Below, piece by piece: positions 6,028-14,226 of a DNA stretch of 14,226 nt. How positions within the stretch are numbered: position 1 is the first letter of the stretch; each line of letters opens with the position of its first letter. The stretch lies in the UHGV virus genome UHGV-0207341; one strand, given 5' to 3'. The translations under genes were made by a program, and so were the position numbers. The notes beneath the pieces are model-generated. The model worked only from the letters and a program-made list of their open reading frames with translations, ran no database searches and had not been told where the DNA came from. This stretch comes from a virus.

Positions 6028-8442
6028 TTAATACAGGTTCCGCCACTTATCATCTTCCTGCAAACGCTGGTTCCGATAGAAGATACGCAGGCCTGCTCCT
6101 GACGGAATGCTGCCGCCGCGAAGGAGTAAATCGACCTCTTTCTCGCTGCCATCAAATCCTCTGGACTTCAGTTCATAGACGAGCTGCTGTCGTTGATGGT
6201 CTGTAATTCGCTGTTTGTAGTCTTTACGCCGTTTCGGTTTCACCAGGCGTAACCTTGCTGCCAGTTCCCGGCGCTCTTTTTTGCTCATACTGTGCAGGTA
6301 ATCGTGCAACTCCTTGTCATCCATACGGGTGATATCCGTTCTGGTATCTCCATCAGCTGATTTGTCTTTCCCTTGTTGGTACAAATTTTCAGCAAGGGGA
6401 CAGTTATTGCCACGAGTCCAAGGGGCGCAAGCGCCCTGGTCGGCTACCGCCTCCTGAACGTCAACGGCCTTACGAACCATTTTCCACTTCACTGCATGAG
6501 TGCAGATCTTGCCCTCTGCAATGGGTGACCAGATGCCATAAATACGAATGCCGTGATCGCCATAGGCGGTCGGCTCTTCGTTGATTTCATAAGCGGTTCT
6601 GATAAGGTGATATTTACGGGGAACCAGTACGCCGCCCTGCTTCATGATGTAGGTGGCAAAACAACCAGCATCAGCAGCAGCCAGGATGGCATCAAGGCGC
6701 GGGTCATCCAGTATCGGCGCACCTGCTTTTTTGTCACCCTGTTGCCTTGCCGCCTGACCAGCCAGCAAGCGAAGTTCACGGTAAGCCTGACGTCCCGGAA
6801 TACCAAAGAAGCGGAACTGCTGAACACGATGCAGAGACGCCCAGGCATTAACGTATTCGGCGTTATCACGCAGGGATTTACCCGTTTCCTTGCTGATCTC
6901 GCCAGCCAGACCACGCCCGTCAATGTTCTTACTGATGTATTTCGCGATGTAGCTTGTCGGTGTTCCTTTGCGCGGGTTAATCAGCTCAGACTTAAAGCGT
7001 GGCCCCGTGTTGTTGCCCAGCTCCTCGCGGTCTACACGGATGGCAAACTTACGCAGTAATGCAGTGATGGCGCGGCGGTCTTTTTTACGCATGAAGCACA
7101 TGAGATGCCAGTGCACAGTACCGTCATGGTGCGGCTCAGCCACCCGCACGCCATACCAGCGCAACCCGGTTTTGTGCATTGCCTTACGAAATGCAGCAAA
7201 CATGCCGACCATATAATCGCTGCTTTGTCTTACCGTCGCATTTGTCCAGGTCGGGTTGGGTCTGCCGTTGTTGAGCGTGGAATGGAAACGTGACGGACAG
7301 GTGATAGTGTAGAAAACGGCGCAGTCACCGCGCATTTCCGCGATAAGCTCCAGACCTTTAACACAGGCCATCATCTCATTGCGGCGATGCGCAGGGTTGC
7401 TGCTGCTGGCGTTTACCACATCCTCCATGTCCAGCGTGTCGCCGTCTTCGTTCACCAGTTCATGAGAACGGAAAAACTCCAGCGACTTACGGCGCAGCTC
7501 ACGTTTATGCATCACGGCTTCATAGCTGACATAGGGAGATGCTTTTTTGCTGACCAGGCAGACAGCACGCAACTGCTCTTCCCGCCATTCGCAACGCATC
7601 TTCCATAATTTCCGATACCACCAGTCGGCGCACAACATACGCGCCAGCGAACCCGGAATGAGTTCATAGGGCACGGGTTTACGGCGGTTTCTTTTCCGAC
7701 GGAGTAGCTCAAACGCAGGTGGGATGACATCCAGACGCAGGGTTTCCGCCGCCACCTTTTCCCATGTCTTGCGGATTTCTTCTGGCTTAACGTCATCGGT
7801 GGCATACAAATCGCCACAAGCTGCATCAAGGCACATGCTCATATGCGCAGCTACCAGGGTGGACAGGCGTTTCACCTGATCCTGACTCATTTCAGGCAGG
7901 ATCAGCAGGCCCTCCAGCCCTTGATGGCTTGCCATAAAACGGAAAGAAGCAGACAGCTGACTGTCACGTACACAATCCAGTCGCTCCAGACATGGCTTAA
8001 TCGTCTCACGCAAATAGCGGGAATAAGCCTTTGGCCTGCCCAGGCTGCTGAAGTATTCGATACGTTGCATCAGCGGCTTGCTAATATGGGTGGGCTGGGC
8101 GCTGACGTCCGCCAGAATGACCATGTCCGGGTTAAAACGCTGCTGTTCATGCGCTAGCTTTGCCCGGCTAATGAGCTTATCCTGCTCCATTTCGCGCTGG
8201 ACAGGATCACGAGATTCATTAAAGAAATAACGCTCCCAGACCTGCTCACTCAGTGCATCGCGGCGCAGCTGTTCCTGCTCATTATCGGCAGCGTACAGAG
8301 TGATCAGGTTTAAAAGTGCAGACTCCGGAGCAACTTCCGCCGGGTCCAGATAAGGGTTAATGGCCTTTTTCGGGCCGTTCCATGAAAATGCTGCAGCGGC
8401 CTCGTTAAAGCCGCTAGAGTTGCTCATATCGTCATGACTCAT
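6028..8442 (-). CDS. A: Replication initiation protein (rolling-circle initiator endonuclease), P2 gpA family
   Basis: 804-aa ORF, the largest in the early operon. Size, position downstream of small early genes and general character fit P2/186 A protein (recognition by eye; catalytic motifs not verified). Start ATG at 8440-8442 overlaps the Dam stop (ATGA); a second in-frame ATG five codons downstream is an alternative start. Confidence 0.8.
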   Translation of the reverse strand: MSHDDMSNSSGFNEAAAAFSWNGPKKAINPYLDPAEVAPESALLNLITLYAADNEQEQLRRDALSEQVWERYFFNESRDPVQREMEQDKLISRAKLAHEQQRFNPDMVILADVSAQPTHISKPLMQRIEYFSSLGRPKAYSRYLRETIKPCLERLDCVRDSQLSASFRFMASHQGLEGLLILPEMSQDQVKRLSTLVAAHMSMCLDAACGDLYATDDVKPEEIRKTWEKVAAETLRLDVIPPAFELLRRKRNRRKPVPYELIPGSLARMLCADWWYRKLWKMRCEWREEQLRAVCLVSKKASPYVSYEAVMHKRELRRKSLEFFRSHELVNEDGDTLDMEDVVNASSSNPAHRRNEMMACVKGLELIAEMRGDCAVFYTITCPSRFHSTLNNGRPNPTWTNATVRQSSDYMVGMFAAFRKAMHKTGLRWYGVRVAEPHHDGTVHWHLMCFMRKKDRRAITALLRKFAIRVDREELGNNTGPRFKSELINPRKGTPTSYIAKYISKNIDGRGLAGEISKETGKSLRDNAEYVNAWASLHRVQQFRFFGIPGRQAYRELRLLAGQAARQQGDKKAGAPILDDPRLDAILAAADAGCFATYIMKQGGVLVPRKYHLIRTAYEINEEPTAYGDHGIRIYGIWSPIAEGKICTHAVKWKMVRKAVDVQEAVADQGACAPWTRGNNCPLAENLYQQGKDKSADGDTRTDITRMDDKELHDYLHSMSKKERRELAARLRLVKPKRRKDYKQRITDHQRQQLVYELKSRGFDGSEKEVDLLLRGGSIPSGAGLRIFYRNQRLQEDDKWRNLY

Positions 8443-9296
8443 ACACGCACCTCGTACACAGCAGAACTATCCACGCCACACGAAGGATCAAATCCCACCC
8501 AGCAGCGCGCCCCGGAAACAGCAATGATTTCTGTTGCAGATTTACTCTCGCCAGCCGACACGCCGATGCTGCGTTTTGCCTTGATGTAGTGGTGAGTGAA
8601 ATTTCGATACAGCGAACGGATCAGGGATGTGTCACTGTTAGAAACAATGACTGGATGACCTTCTGATGATCGATATTCAAGAACAGATGCCAGGTGATAC
8701 TGGTCATCTTCAGTGAAGCCGTCAGTGTGATAGCCGGAAAACGTACCGTCATAAGGCGGATCGCAATACACCACATCCCCCACCTGCAGCATCGCCAGCG
8801 TTTCATCAAAGCTGGCGCAGATAAACGTTGCTCGCTGGGCTTTCTCTGCAAATGCGCGAATTTCTTTTTCAGGGAAATACGGATTTTTATAATTACCGTA
8901 TGGAATGTTGAAATGCCCGCTCTTGTTATAACGACATAACCCACGGTAACCATGACGATTGAGATACAGGAAATATACCGCTTTCATGAAATCAGTAATT
9001 TCAGTGGAGTAATTAAACTCCTGCCTTATGTTGTAATAAGCCACCTCCCTGTTTGCTTCCTCAAATAAAGCTCTGGCACGAGATATAAACGCCTCGCAAT
9101 CAGCAGCAACCTTTTTATAGAGGTTGATTAAATCAGGATTAATATCCGCAACAAGATAGCTGGGGTAATCCGTCTCCATCATCACAGCACAGGAACCCGC
9201 GAAAGGTTCAACCAGTCGCGGGCCAGCAGGAAGATGTTTTTTCAGTTCGGACATAATGGCAGTTTTATTACCCGCCCATTTCAGGATGGTGCTCAT
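8439..9296 (-). CDS. dam: DNA adenine methyltransferase (Dam-like, N6-adenine)
   Basis: 285 aa from ATG at 9294-9296. Translation contains [33 protein letters not shown] and DPPY, paralleling E. coli Dam almost motif-for-motif by eye. Start overlaps the upstream stop (ATGA) and stop overlaps the A start. Confidence 0.85.
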
Positions 9297-9595
9297 ACAG
9301 CACCTCCTGCAATAACATATCCTAAAGCTTCTAATGGGGTTAATGGGCGAATTGATAGCATCACCCATTGTTCTGAAACTGCCATGACGTCATTAACCGG
9401 AAGCACATGAGAGATAACAGCGGCCCATTCCCTACCCGTAAATACGCCATGCTTCCATTCGCAAAGAGAAAGAACATCACCAACTTTATAGCCACGATCG
9501 TCTTTACGAAGTTCAGCCGTCTTTTGACCTGCAACCACAGCGTTGAAATACTTAGGTGCAATTTTTAATTGATGGATACGCACTGCCCTTGTCAT
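9293..9595 (-). CDS. DUF3850/ASCH-like (PUA-fold) small protein
   Basis: 100 aa from ATG at 9593-9595. The N-terminal pattern [35 protein letters not shown] is typical of DUF3850 proteins, which often accompany phage methyltransferases (recognition by eye). Start overlaps the upstream stop (ATGA). Confidence 0.6.
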
Positions 9596-9819
9596 ACAGC
9601 ACCTCCGTTGTAATGTTTGCCTTTCAGCTCTGCGATTTCCTGGCAGGTAATGCAAAGCTGCACTCCCGGAATGGCGCGGCGTCGTGCTGGCGGAATTGGC
9701 GCTTCACACTCAATGCAAAGCACACGAGACACGCTCGGTGTTTTGGCACGGGCAGCACGAATATGGCGCTGGCGTTCTTCTTCAACGCGCTGCTGTACGA
9801 GATCCATTGCATCAGCCAT
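9592..9819 (-). CDS. TraR/DksA-family C4 zinc-finger protein
   Basis: 75-aa ORF with CIECEAPIP ... CITCQ (two CxxC pairs) near the C-terminus. ATG at 9817-9819 overlaps the upstream stop (TAATG). Confidence 0.65.
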
Positions 9820-10052
9820 TAGTGGATCTCCTGCGCTTCGTTCTGGATTGCTTCAGCAGTTACACGCAGCAGTTCTGCCGCTTCGACGTGGTTTAGCTGG
9901 CTGGATGTGATATGACACGCCAGGCTATCAAGGCGAGCTGCCATTGCTTCAGCCCTTGCCCGGCGTTCTTCCAGACGAGCCTCTGTCAGTAAAATATTAA
10001 GCCCTGCGTCGTCCGGTCCGGTTTTAGTCGTGAGGGTTTCAATATTACGCAT
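9819..10052 (-). CDS. Small hypothetical early protein (77 aa)
   Basis: ATG at 10050-10052 preceded by AGGAGA about 5 nt upstream (the track's 10058 start is a TTG). Helical, acidic. Stop overlaps the next gene start. Confidence 0.55.
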   Translation of the reverse strand: MRNIETLTTKTGPDDAGLNILLTEARLEERRARAEAMAARLDSLACHITSSQLNHVEAAELLRVTAEAIQNEAQEIH

Positions 10053-10119
10053 AATCAATTCTCCTGAATTTAGATAAAGGGATGCCCGGCGGGTTTACGC
10101 CATGATTTTCATTAATTGG

Positions 10120-10461
10120 TTAATTCGGCATGGTTAGCCGTCTGGGAAATAAGCTCACCACTGCACGAAAATGATTCATTGCTTTAATCAGCTCCCGCTT
10201 TTCGTCAGTGGTCAGCTCATTAATGCTGATGCTATGACGTTCAGCTGGAATTTTTGCCATAAAGAATATGGCAGCCAGTGCTCGTTTATTTTGTTCGTTA
10301 TTGATATCCCGTGGATCACGCATATCTTTAATAAACCGCTCAAGCTCTGACTCAATATTCAGGCCAAAAACTTTCGCCCTTAATTCCGCTATGTGATTAA
10401 GTCCATTCAGGCGTTCACCGGGACTTAATGGAACAGTCGCCGCAGCGCCTTCAATAGCCAT
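10120..10461 (-). CDS. Hypothetical early-operon protein (113 aa)
   Basis: ORF with ATG at 10459-10461, in the same orientation as the early operon. No recognisable domain by eye. Confidence 0.5.
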   Translation of the reverse strand: MAIEGAAATVPLSPGERLNGLNHIAELRAKVFGLNIESELERFIKDMRDPRDINNEQNKRALAAIFFMAKIPAERHSISINELTTDEKRELIKAMNHFRAVVSLFPRRLTMPN

Positions 10462-10687
10462 TTATGCATCCCACAACACATCTACTAAAAAATTTTTGAT
10501 ATGATCCATTACCAACATATTGATAGCTAGAAGGAATCATCAATGTTGAACCCGGTTGAAAGAGAGCGTTTAGAGCAACTTGAAAACGAGATCTCCAGTC
10601 TTCGCGATGAGGTTGCTGTTCAACGAATTCTTGTTTCAGGTCTGATCCACTCCTTATTTCGAACTGACTCAGCAAATCAATCTGCAT
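10451..10687 (-). CDS. Alternative hypothetical early protein (78 aa) in operon orientation; mutually exclusive with the plus-strand ORF 10543-10791
   Basis: ATG at 10685-10687 with GGAGGAG about 8 nt upstream. Operon-consistent orientation, overlapping the next gene start by 11 nt. Its C-terminal third runs through an AT-rich promoter-like stretch, which argues against it. Confidence 0.3.
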   Translation of the reverse strand: MQIDLLSQFEIRSGSDLKQEFVEQQPHREDWRSRFQVALNALFQPGSTLMIPSSYQYVGNGSYQKFFSRCVVGCINGY

Positions 10688-10791
10688 TTTTTGAGCTCCT
10701 CCGCGAAGAATTAAACAAACTTCCTTTAGGTTCGGTTAAACAACAAGAATTCACTCATCTGATACAGACACTGATAGATCGTTACCGATAA
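10543..10791 (+). CDS. Hypothetical helical protein (82 aa) antisense to the early operon; mutually exclusive with the minus-strand ORF 10451-10687
   Basis: ATG at 10543 with GAAGGA 7 nt upstream. Translation reads as a plausible amphipathic helical protein. Orientation opposes the surrounding operon and its 3' end overlaps the convergent 79-aa ORF by 10 nt, so the call is uncertain. Confidence 0.35.
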   Translation: MLNPVERERLEQLENEISSLRDEVAVQRILVSGLIHSLFRTDSANQSAFFELLREELNKLPLGSVKQQEFTHLIQTLIDRYR

Positions 10792-11021
10792 ATACTTCGC
10801 CGATAACGTTCAAGAGGTGATGTCTTTATACGCATCACTTCTTGTACTTTTTCACCACGTATAAAGGTTCCATCCTTTAGCGTGAAAAAGTAGCTACCAT
10901 CGCCCGACAACGACGGATAGCAACAGAGCAAATCATCTTCAGGTACTGAATAACTCTCCCCTCTGTAACGAAACTGATAAACCACTTCACTTTCTGCCGC
11001 ATACATTTGGACTTTCTCCAT
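10782..11021 (-). CDS. Hypothetical early protein (79 aa)
   Basis: ATG at 11019-11021 with only a weak ribosome-binding site. Protein-like translation. An overlapping ORF in another frame starts right after cII (see findings). Confidence 0.45.
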   Translation of the reverse strand: MEKVQMYAAESEVVYQFRYRGESYSVPEDDLLCCYPSLSGDGSYFFTLKDGTFIRGEKVQEVMRIKTSPLERYRRSIYR

Positions 11022-11180
11022 TTTCTCGTGGTCAATTCAGACAGCAATTCATCTTGTGAATGACATGGATGCCAGCGTTTACCATCCTCACCCATGATCC
11101 AGCCGTGACCGTAGTGCATTGCCGGGCTTTGCTTTACCAGCAGCGATGCAAATGATGGTTCTTTCGTAAGCATAAGCACC

Positions 11181-11690
11181 TCACAGCAAACCGAATGAAG
11201 CACCGAGGCCAGTCACGGTATCAACTGCGCTCGCCATCGCAGGATTAGCCTGTAAACGGGCCTGCAATGAAACAGCAGCCAGCGCCATCAGTCGTGTTAC
11301 AGAGTTAATGCTGCTGATAGCATCACGACGACCTGCACTGGTTTTTACATCGCCAGATACCGCACCTGCAGCAACACGCCCGATCTCTGCGGTTGCACTC
11401 ATGACGTAATGTGGCAGTTTCTCTTTTGCCACCTCATTAATTGGTACACATGGCAGACAATGAATCTGTGCCAGAAAACCATCTACCAGCGTTGAATCCT
11501 CAGTCAGATCGGTAAGCAGCCAGATGTCTGGTGCGGTTAATAAATGAGGTTGAGCTGGGTTCAGCTTGTTCCGCAGAATCTGCACATTCATGCCTGCACG
11601 TTCTGCCAGTTGCACCAGGTTGTGGCGCAACGCGAATGCACGACAGGCTTCATCAAAATGTGGATGTTTGGAAACTTGGTAATCAAACAT
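11181..11690 (-). CDS. cII: CII-like transcriptional activator (phage 186 CII family)
   Basis: 169 aa from ATG at 11688-11690 (GGGGTG 6 nt upstream; the track's 11744 start is a TTG overlapping apl). The N-terminus [10 protein letters not shown]... and the 169-aa length match my recollection of 186 CII. Position immediately downstream of apl fits. Confidence 0.7.
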   Translation of the reverse strand: MFDYQVSKHPHFDEACRAFALRHNLVQLAERAGMNVQILRNKLNPAQPHLLTAPDIWLLTDLTEDSTLVDGFLAQIHCLPCVPINEVAKEKLPHYVMSATAEIGRVAAGAVSGDVKTSAGRRDAISSINSVTRLMALAAVSLQARLQANPAMASAVDTVTGLGASFGLL

Positions 11691-11722
11691 AGTCGACACC
11701 CCTGATATATCCCAAAATGGAA

Positions 11723-11944
11723 CTAGTTGAATACAACATTGCAATCAGTAAGTGCATCAACGGTAAGAGCAGCAAGGTTGATCATTACCTTTTCTCTTTT
11801 TTTGTCCTTCCGGAGACGATGCCGAGGGATGCGGCCATCAGCCAGCATATCGTTGATTGTGTCGATAGAAAGACCAGTAAGTTCGCTATAACGCTCAATT
11901 GTGACGTGTGGTGTGTTCAGAGTGATTGAAATGTTTGGGTTCAT
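11723..11944 (-). CDS. apl: Apl/Cox-like excisionase and switch repressor (small HTH protein)
   Basis: 73 aa from ATG at 11942-11944 with AAGGAA about 9 nt upstream. Contains an HTH-like segment ([17 protein letters not shown]). First gene of the leftward operon, divergent from cI. Confidence 0.65.
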   Translation of the reverse strand: MNPNISITLNTPHVTIERYSELTGLSIDTINDMLADGRIPRHRLRKDKKREKVMINLAALTVDALTDCNVVFN

Positions 11945-12090
11945 GGTGCAACATTCCTTCTTTAATTCGGCTTGTGGCGAGCCGTTGTTTATCGTGATTA
12001 GTTGTGAAGGCTCCAAAAGAAGACTTCGAGGTCAACTTTAAGATCGCTTTTGGAATCTGTCAATGCAATTTAGATTGTTTTGGAGGACTC
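11945..12090. promoter_or_regulatory. Lysis-lysogeny switch region between divergent apl and cI (candidate face-to-face lytic and lysogenic promoters)
   Basis: 146-bp intergenic region. On the minus strand, TTGACA (plus 12058-12063), a 17-nt spacer and TAAAGT (plus 12035-12040) form a good lytic-promoter candidate firing toward apl. Its position between apl and the cI start matches the face-to-face arrangement described for 186. No convincing plus-strand lysogenic promoter found by eye. Confidence 0.4.
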
Positions 12091-12654
12091 TTGAATTTCA
12101 ATAGCGGCGGAAAGAAAGTGATTGAACGTTTGGTTGAGGCGTATGGTTTCACCACTCGTCAGGCCCTTTGCGACCACTTAGGGGTTTCAAAGAGCACAAT
12201 GGCAACCCGCTACATGCGTGACATTTTTCCAGCAGATTGGGTACTTCAATGCGTTGTAGAAACTGGTACTTCAATTGATTGGCTGGTATCAGGGAAAGGT
12301 GAGTTAAAAACCACAGCAGTCAACTCTTTGGTAGACGTTGAAACTCGCGAACTAAAAAATGGAGAGGCTATTGCACTTGGAACGCACAAGATTGATCCAG
12401 TCTTTCTTCTCAATGAAATAAAATCTGCATTAGCGATAAAAATTAACCAACATGTTTACATTTGTGACCGAGAAGACACTACCATTTCTGATGGTCAATG
12501 GTTGGTGGATATAGAAGGAAAACTGAGTATTAAAAAAATCAATTTGATACCAGTCAAAAGAGCAATGGTATCTGGGGATGGTTTTTCATTTGAATGTGAT
12601 ATTAGTGATATAAAACCTATAGCTAAGGTTCATACCGTAATCAGTGAGGCTTAA
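12091..12654 (+). CDS. cI: CI-type immunity repressor (phage 186 CI family)
   Basis: Translation has an N-terminal HTH (EAYGFTTRQALCDHLGVSKSTMATRY ... ETGTSIDWLVSGKG) and a C-terminal domain of 186-CI character. There is no in-frame ATG before the HTH. A TTG at 12091 with GGAGG 4 nt upstream gives 187 aa and leaves the lytic-promoter candidate upstream; the track start (GTG at 12004) would bury that promoter in coding sequence. Confidence 0.65.
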   Translation: MNFNSGGKKVIERLVEAYGFTTRQALCDHLGVSKSTMATRYMRDIFPADWVLQCVVETGTSIDWLVSGKGELKTTAVNSLVDVETRELKNGEAIALGTHKIDPVFLLNEIKSALAIKINQHVYICDREDTTISDGQWLVDIEGKLSIKKINLIPVKRAMVSGDGFSFECDISDIKPIAKVHTVISEA

Positions 12655-14106
12655 ATGGATATTGAGTGGAATTGGGATCAAGATGACGAATTTCTTGGTG
12701 AAAAATTACCTGCTGATACATTGGACAGAAAAAAGTACGCAAAATATCTTTATGAAATCTGTGCTGCACGCGGTGCTAAATCCAATCTCGTAGTTAACAT
12801 TAATGCGGAATGGGGGGCTGGAAAAACATATTTTACTAAACGCCTAGCCAAGACAATTTCCCACTACCATCCCACAATATACATTGATGCTTGGAAAGAA
12901 GATTTTACTGAAGACCCATTGCTCACAGTATTTAGTGGAATTAAAGATCAATTATCTGGTCAATCTGATAGCTTTACTGCTTTAATCAATTCAACAATTG
13001 AGAATGTCGGTCCTTTGCTAAAAACAGCGGCACCAGTTATTATTGATGGATTAATACAAAAGTTCACAGGGGTTGACTCCTTTTCTAACCTAACTAAAGA
13101 CTTATCATCTAAGCTAATAGAAATACACGCAGAAAAATCAACGAGAATAGAGACAGTAAGAAAAGGAATTAGTCGTTGGGTTGAATTCATTGGGCGAAAA
13201 GATGGAATAGATAAAGAGCTTCCATTATTTATAATAATTGATGAACTTGATAGATGTAGGCCCGATTTTTCCATTAGTCTTTTAGAAATCTCCAAGCATA
13301 TTTTTAACATCCCTGGCGTAGTATTTATTATTGCCACTGACACCCAACAATTACAGCATTCAATAAAAGTTATATATGGCACTAATTTTTCAGCAAGTCA
13401 TTATCTAAGCAGGTTTTTTGACCGTCGATTCCTTCTCCCAACGCCAGAATACAAAGACTTACTATTAACAAAAACAGGTGAAAACATAATTTCGGAATTT
13501 AATTCTTTACGTAAAAAATTAATTCCATGCCCACAAGACATCACATCATTTGTTAAAAATTGTTCATCCATATTATTATCCATAAAAATAAACATCAGAG
13601 ACGCTGTAAAAATATACGAGAGGCTAATAGACATACTTATCACGTCAAATAAAACATTTGACCCCAATCTAATGTTGATATTATCTGCATTTAATTTCAA
13701 AGATCATGATGTATATGCAAAAATAAAATCAAAAGAAAAGCTAATTCCTAGTCCTCTCAACACAGAGATAGATTTATCATTTGATTTATCTTATGAAACT
13801 ACACAAGTCAAGTACTTCCAAGCTAATGGTGGTGTTTATAGTAATACGTATAAACAAAAAGAAATTTCAACAAATGTTCTATTTTACATAGAGACTGCTT
13901 GGAACACCTTAACGATAGCAAGAACCGCACCTGTTGGCACGCGACCTTACAATACTCCAGAACTTTGGATGGAAGGAGAGTTGTCTCAGGAGGAATCATT
14001 AGCGAACTTTCTCAAAATGGGATACGCCAAAAGCCGGTACAATGAAAGTGAACTAAAAATTCATCAATATTTCGATTTAATTGAACTGAGCACAACATTT
14101 GATTGA
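12655..14106 (+). CDS. KAP-family P-loop NTPase (soluble variant), accessory gene in the repressor operon
   Basis: 483-aa ORF. Walker A in NINAEWGAGKTYF, the KAP-typical IDAWKEDF motif, and Walker B in FIIIDELDRCRP (the DELDRC signature). ATG at 12655 follows the cI TAA with zero spacer, with GAGG 5 nt upstream. Looks strongly AT-rich. No obvious TM insert between Walker A and B. Confidence 0.8.
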   Translation: MDIEWNWDQDDEFLGEKLPADTLDRKKYAKYLYEICAARGAKSNLVVNINAEWGAGKTYFTKRLAKTISHYHPTIYIDAWKEDFTEDPLLTVFSGIKDQLSGQSDSFTALINSTIENVGPLLKTAAPVIIDGLIQKFTGVDSFSNLTKDLSSKLIEIHAEKSTRIETVRKGISRWVEFIGRKDGIDKELPLFIIIDELDRCRPDFSISLLEISKHIFNIPGVVFIIATDTQQLQHSIKVIYGTNFSASHYLSRFFDRRFLLPTPEYKDLLLTKTGENIISEFNSLRKKLIPCPQDITSFVKNCSSILLSIKINIRDAVKIYERLIDILITSNKTFDPNLMLILSAFNFKDHDVYAKIKSKEKLIPSPLNTEIDLSFDLSYETTQVKYFQANGGVYSNTYKQKEISTNVLFYIETAWNTLTIARTAPVGTRPYNTPELWMEGELSQEESLANFLKMGYAKSRYNESELKIHQYFDLIELSTTFD

Positions 14107-14226
14107 TGTATGAGTTCACCTAAACATACATTGACCACTGTTTAAATATGGGTCTTCCCCGATCATGGTGGGAAGACTCAGTACGCCATATTCAGTTTCC
14201 CATAGTGGAACATAACTCCCAGTTTA

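Noticed and set aside
6553-8157. Several plus-strand ORFs of 62-168 aa inside the A replication gene
   Set aside because: All lie within and antisense to the 804-aa A ORF. No ribosome-binding sites noted and translations are Arg/Cys-rich junk-like.
8621-8953. Overlapping ORFs of 81 and 110 aa within the Dam gene
   Set aside because: Alternative frames inside a gene with strong Dam motifs; no independent support.
11691-11744. Longer cII start (TTG at 11744) overlapping the apl 3' end
   Set aside because: The internal ATG at 11690 has a ribosome-binding site and yields a protein beginning MFDYQ of 169 aa, matching my recollection of 186 CII.
12004-12090. GTG start at 12004 for cI as given by the ORF track
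   Set aside because: It would place the best lytic-promoter candidate inside the cI coding region and add a 29-aa extension not expected for 186-type CI. TTG at 12091 with a GGAGG ribosome-binding site fits better. Not excluded.
12960-13700. Minus-strand ORFs of 99 and 140 aa inside the KAP NTPase gene
   Set aside because: Antisense to a well-supported ORF with intact Walker motifs. AT-rich DNA readily gives long spurious antisense frames.
1-14226. Search for CRISPR arrays, tRNA/rRNA genes and IS-element terminal inverted repeats
   Set aside because: No regularly spaced direct repeats, no cloverleaf-like tRNA candidates and no transposase-like ORFs were seen by eye. The accessory genes look like morons with their own promoters and terminators rather than transposon insertions.

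Overview
This window reads as a contiguous piece of a P2/186-family temperate phage or prophage from an enterobacterial host. From left to right it covers the 3' end of the late P-Q packaging operon (terminase ATPase, portal), a cos-like site flanked by AT-rich accessory cargo, a LexA-box-controlled Tum/DinI-like module, the leftward early/replication operon (replication initiator A preceded by translationally coupled Dam methylase, DUF3850-like, TraR-type zinc-finger and small ORFs), a 186-type lysis-lysogeny switch (cII and apl divergent from cI), and a KAP-family P-loop NTPase fused onto the 3' end of cI. The candidate novel systems are all accessory: (i) a two-gene operon (small polytopic membrane protein plus a 2TM protein with a TIR-like domain) wedged between the cos-like site and the portal gene; (ii) a 71-aa plus 280-aa membrane-protein operon with its own terminator between the SOS module and cos; (iii) the KAP NTPase in the repressor operon. 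Everything was assigned by reading translations and DNA by eye. No database search was run and base composition was not computed, so family assignments are recognition-level and several start codons are inferred.
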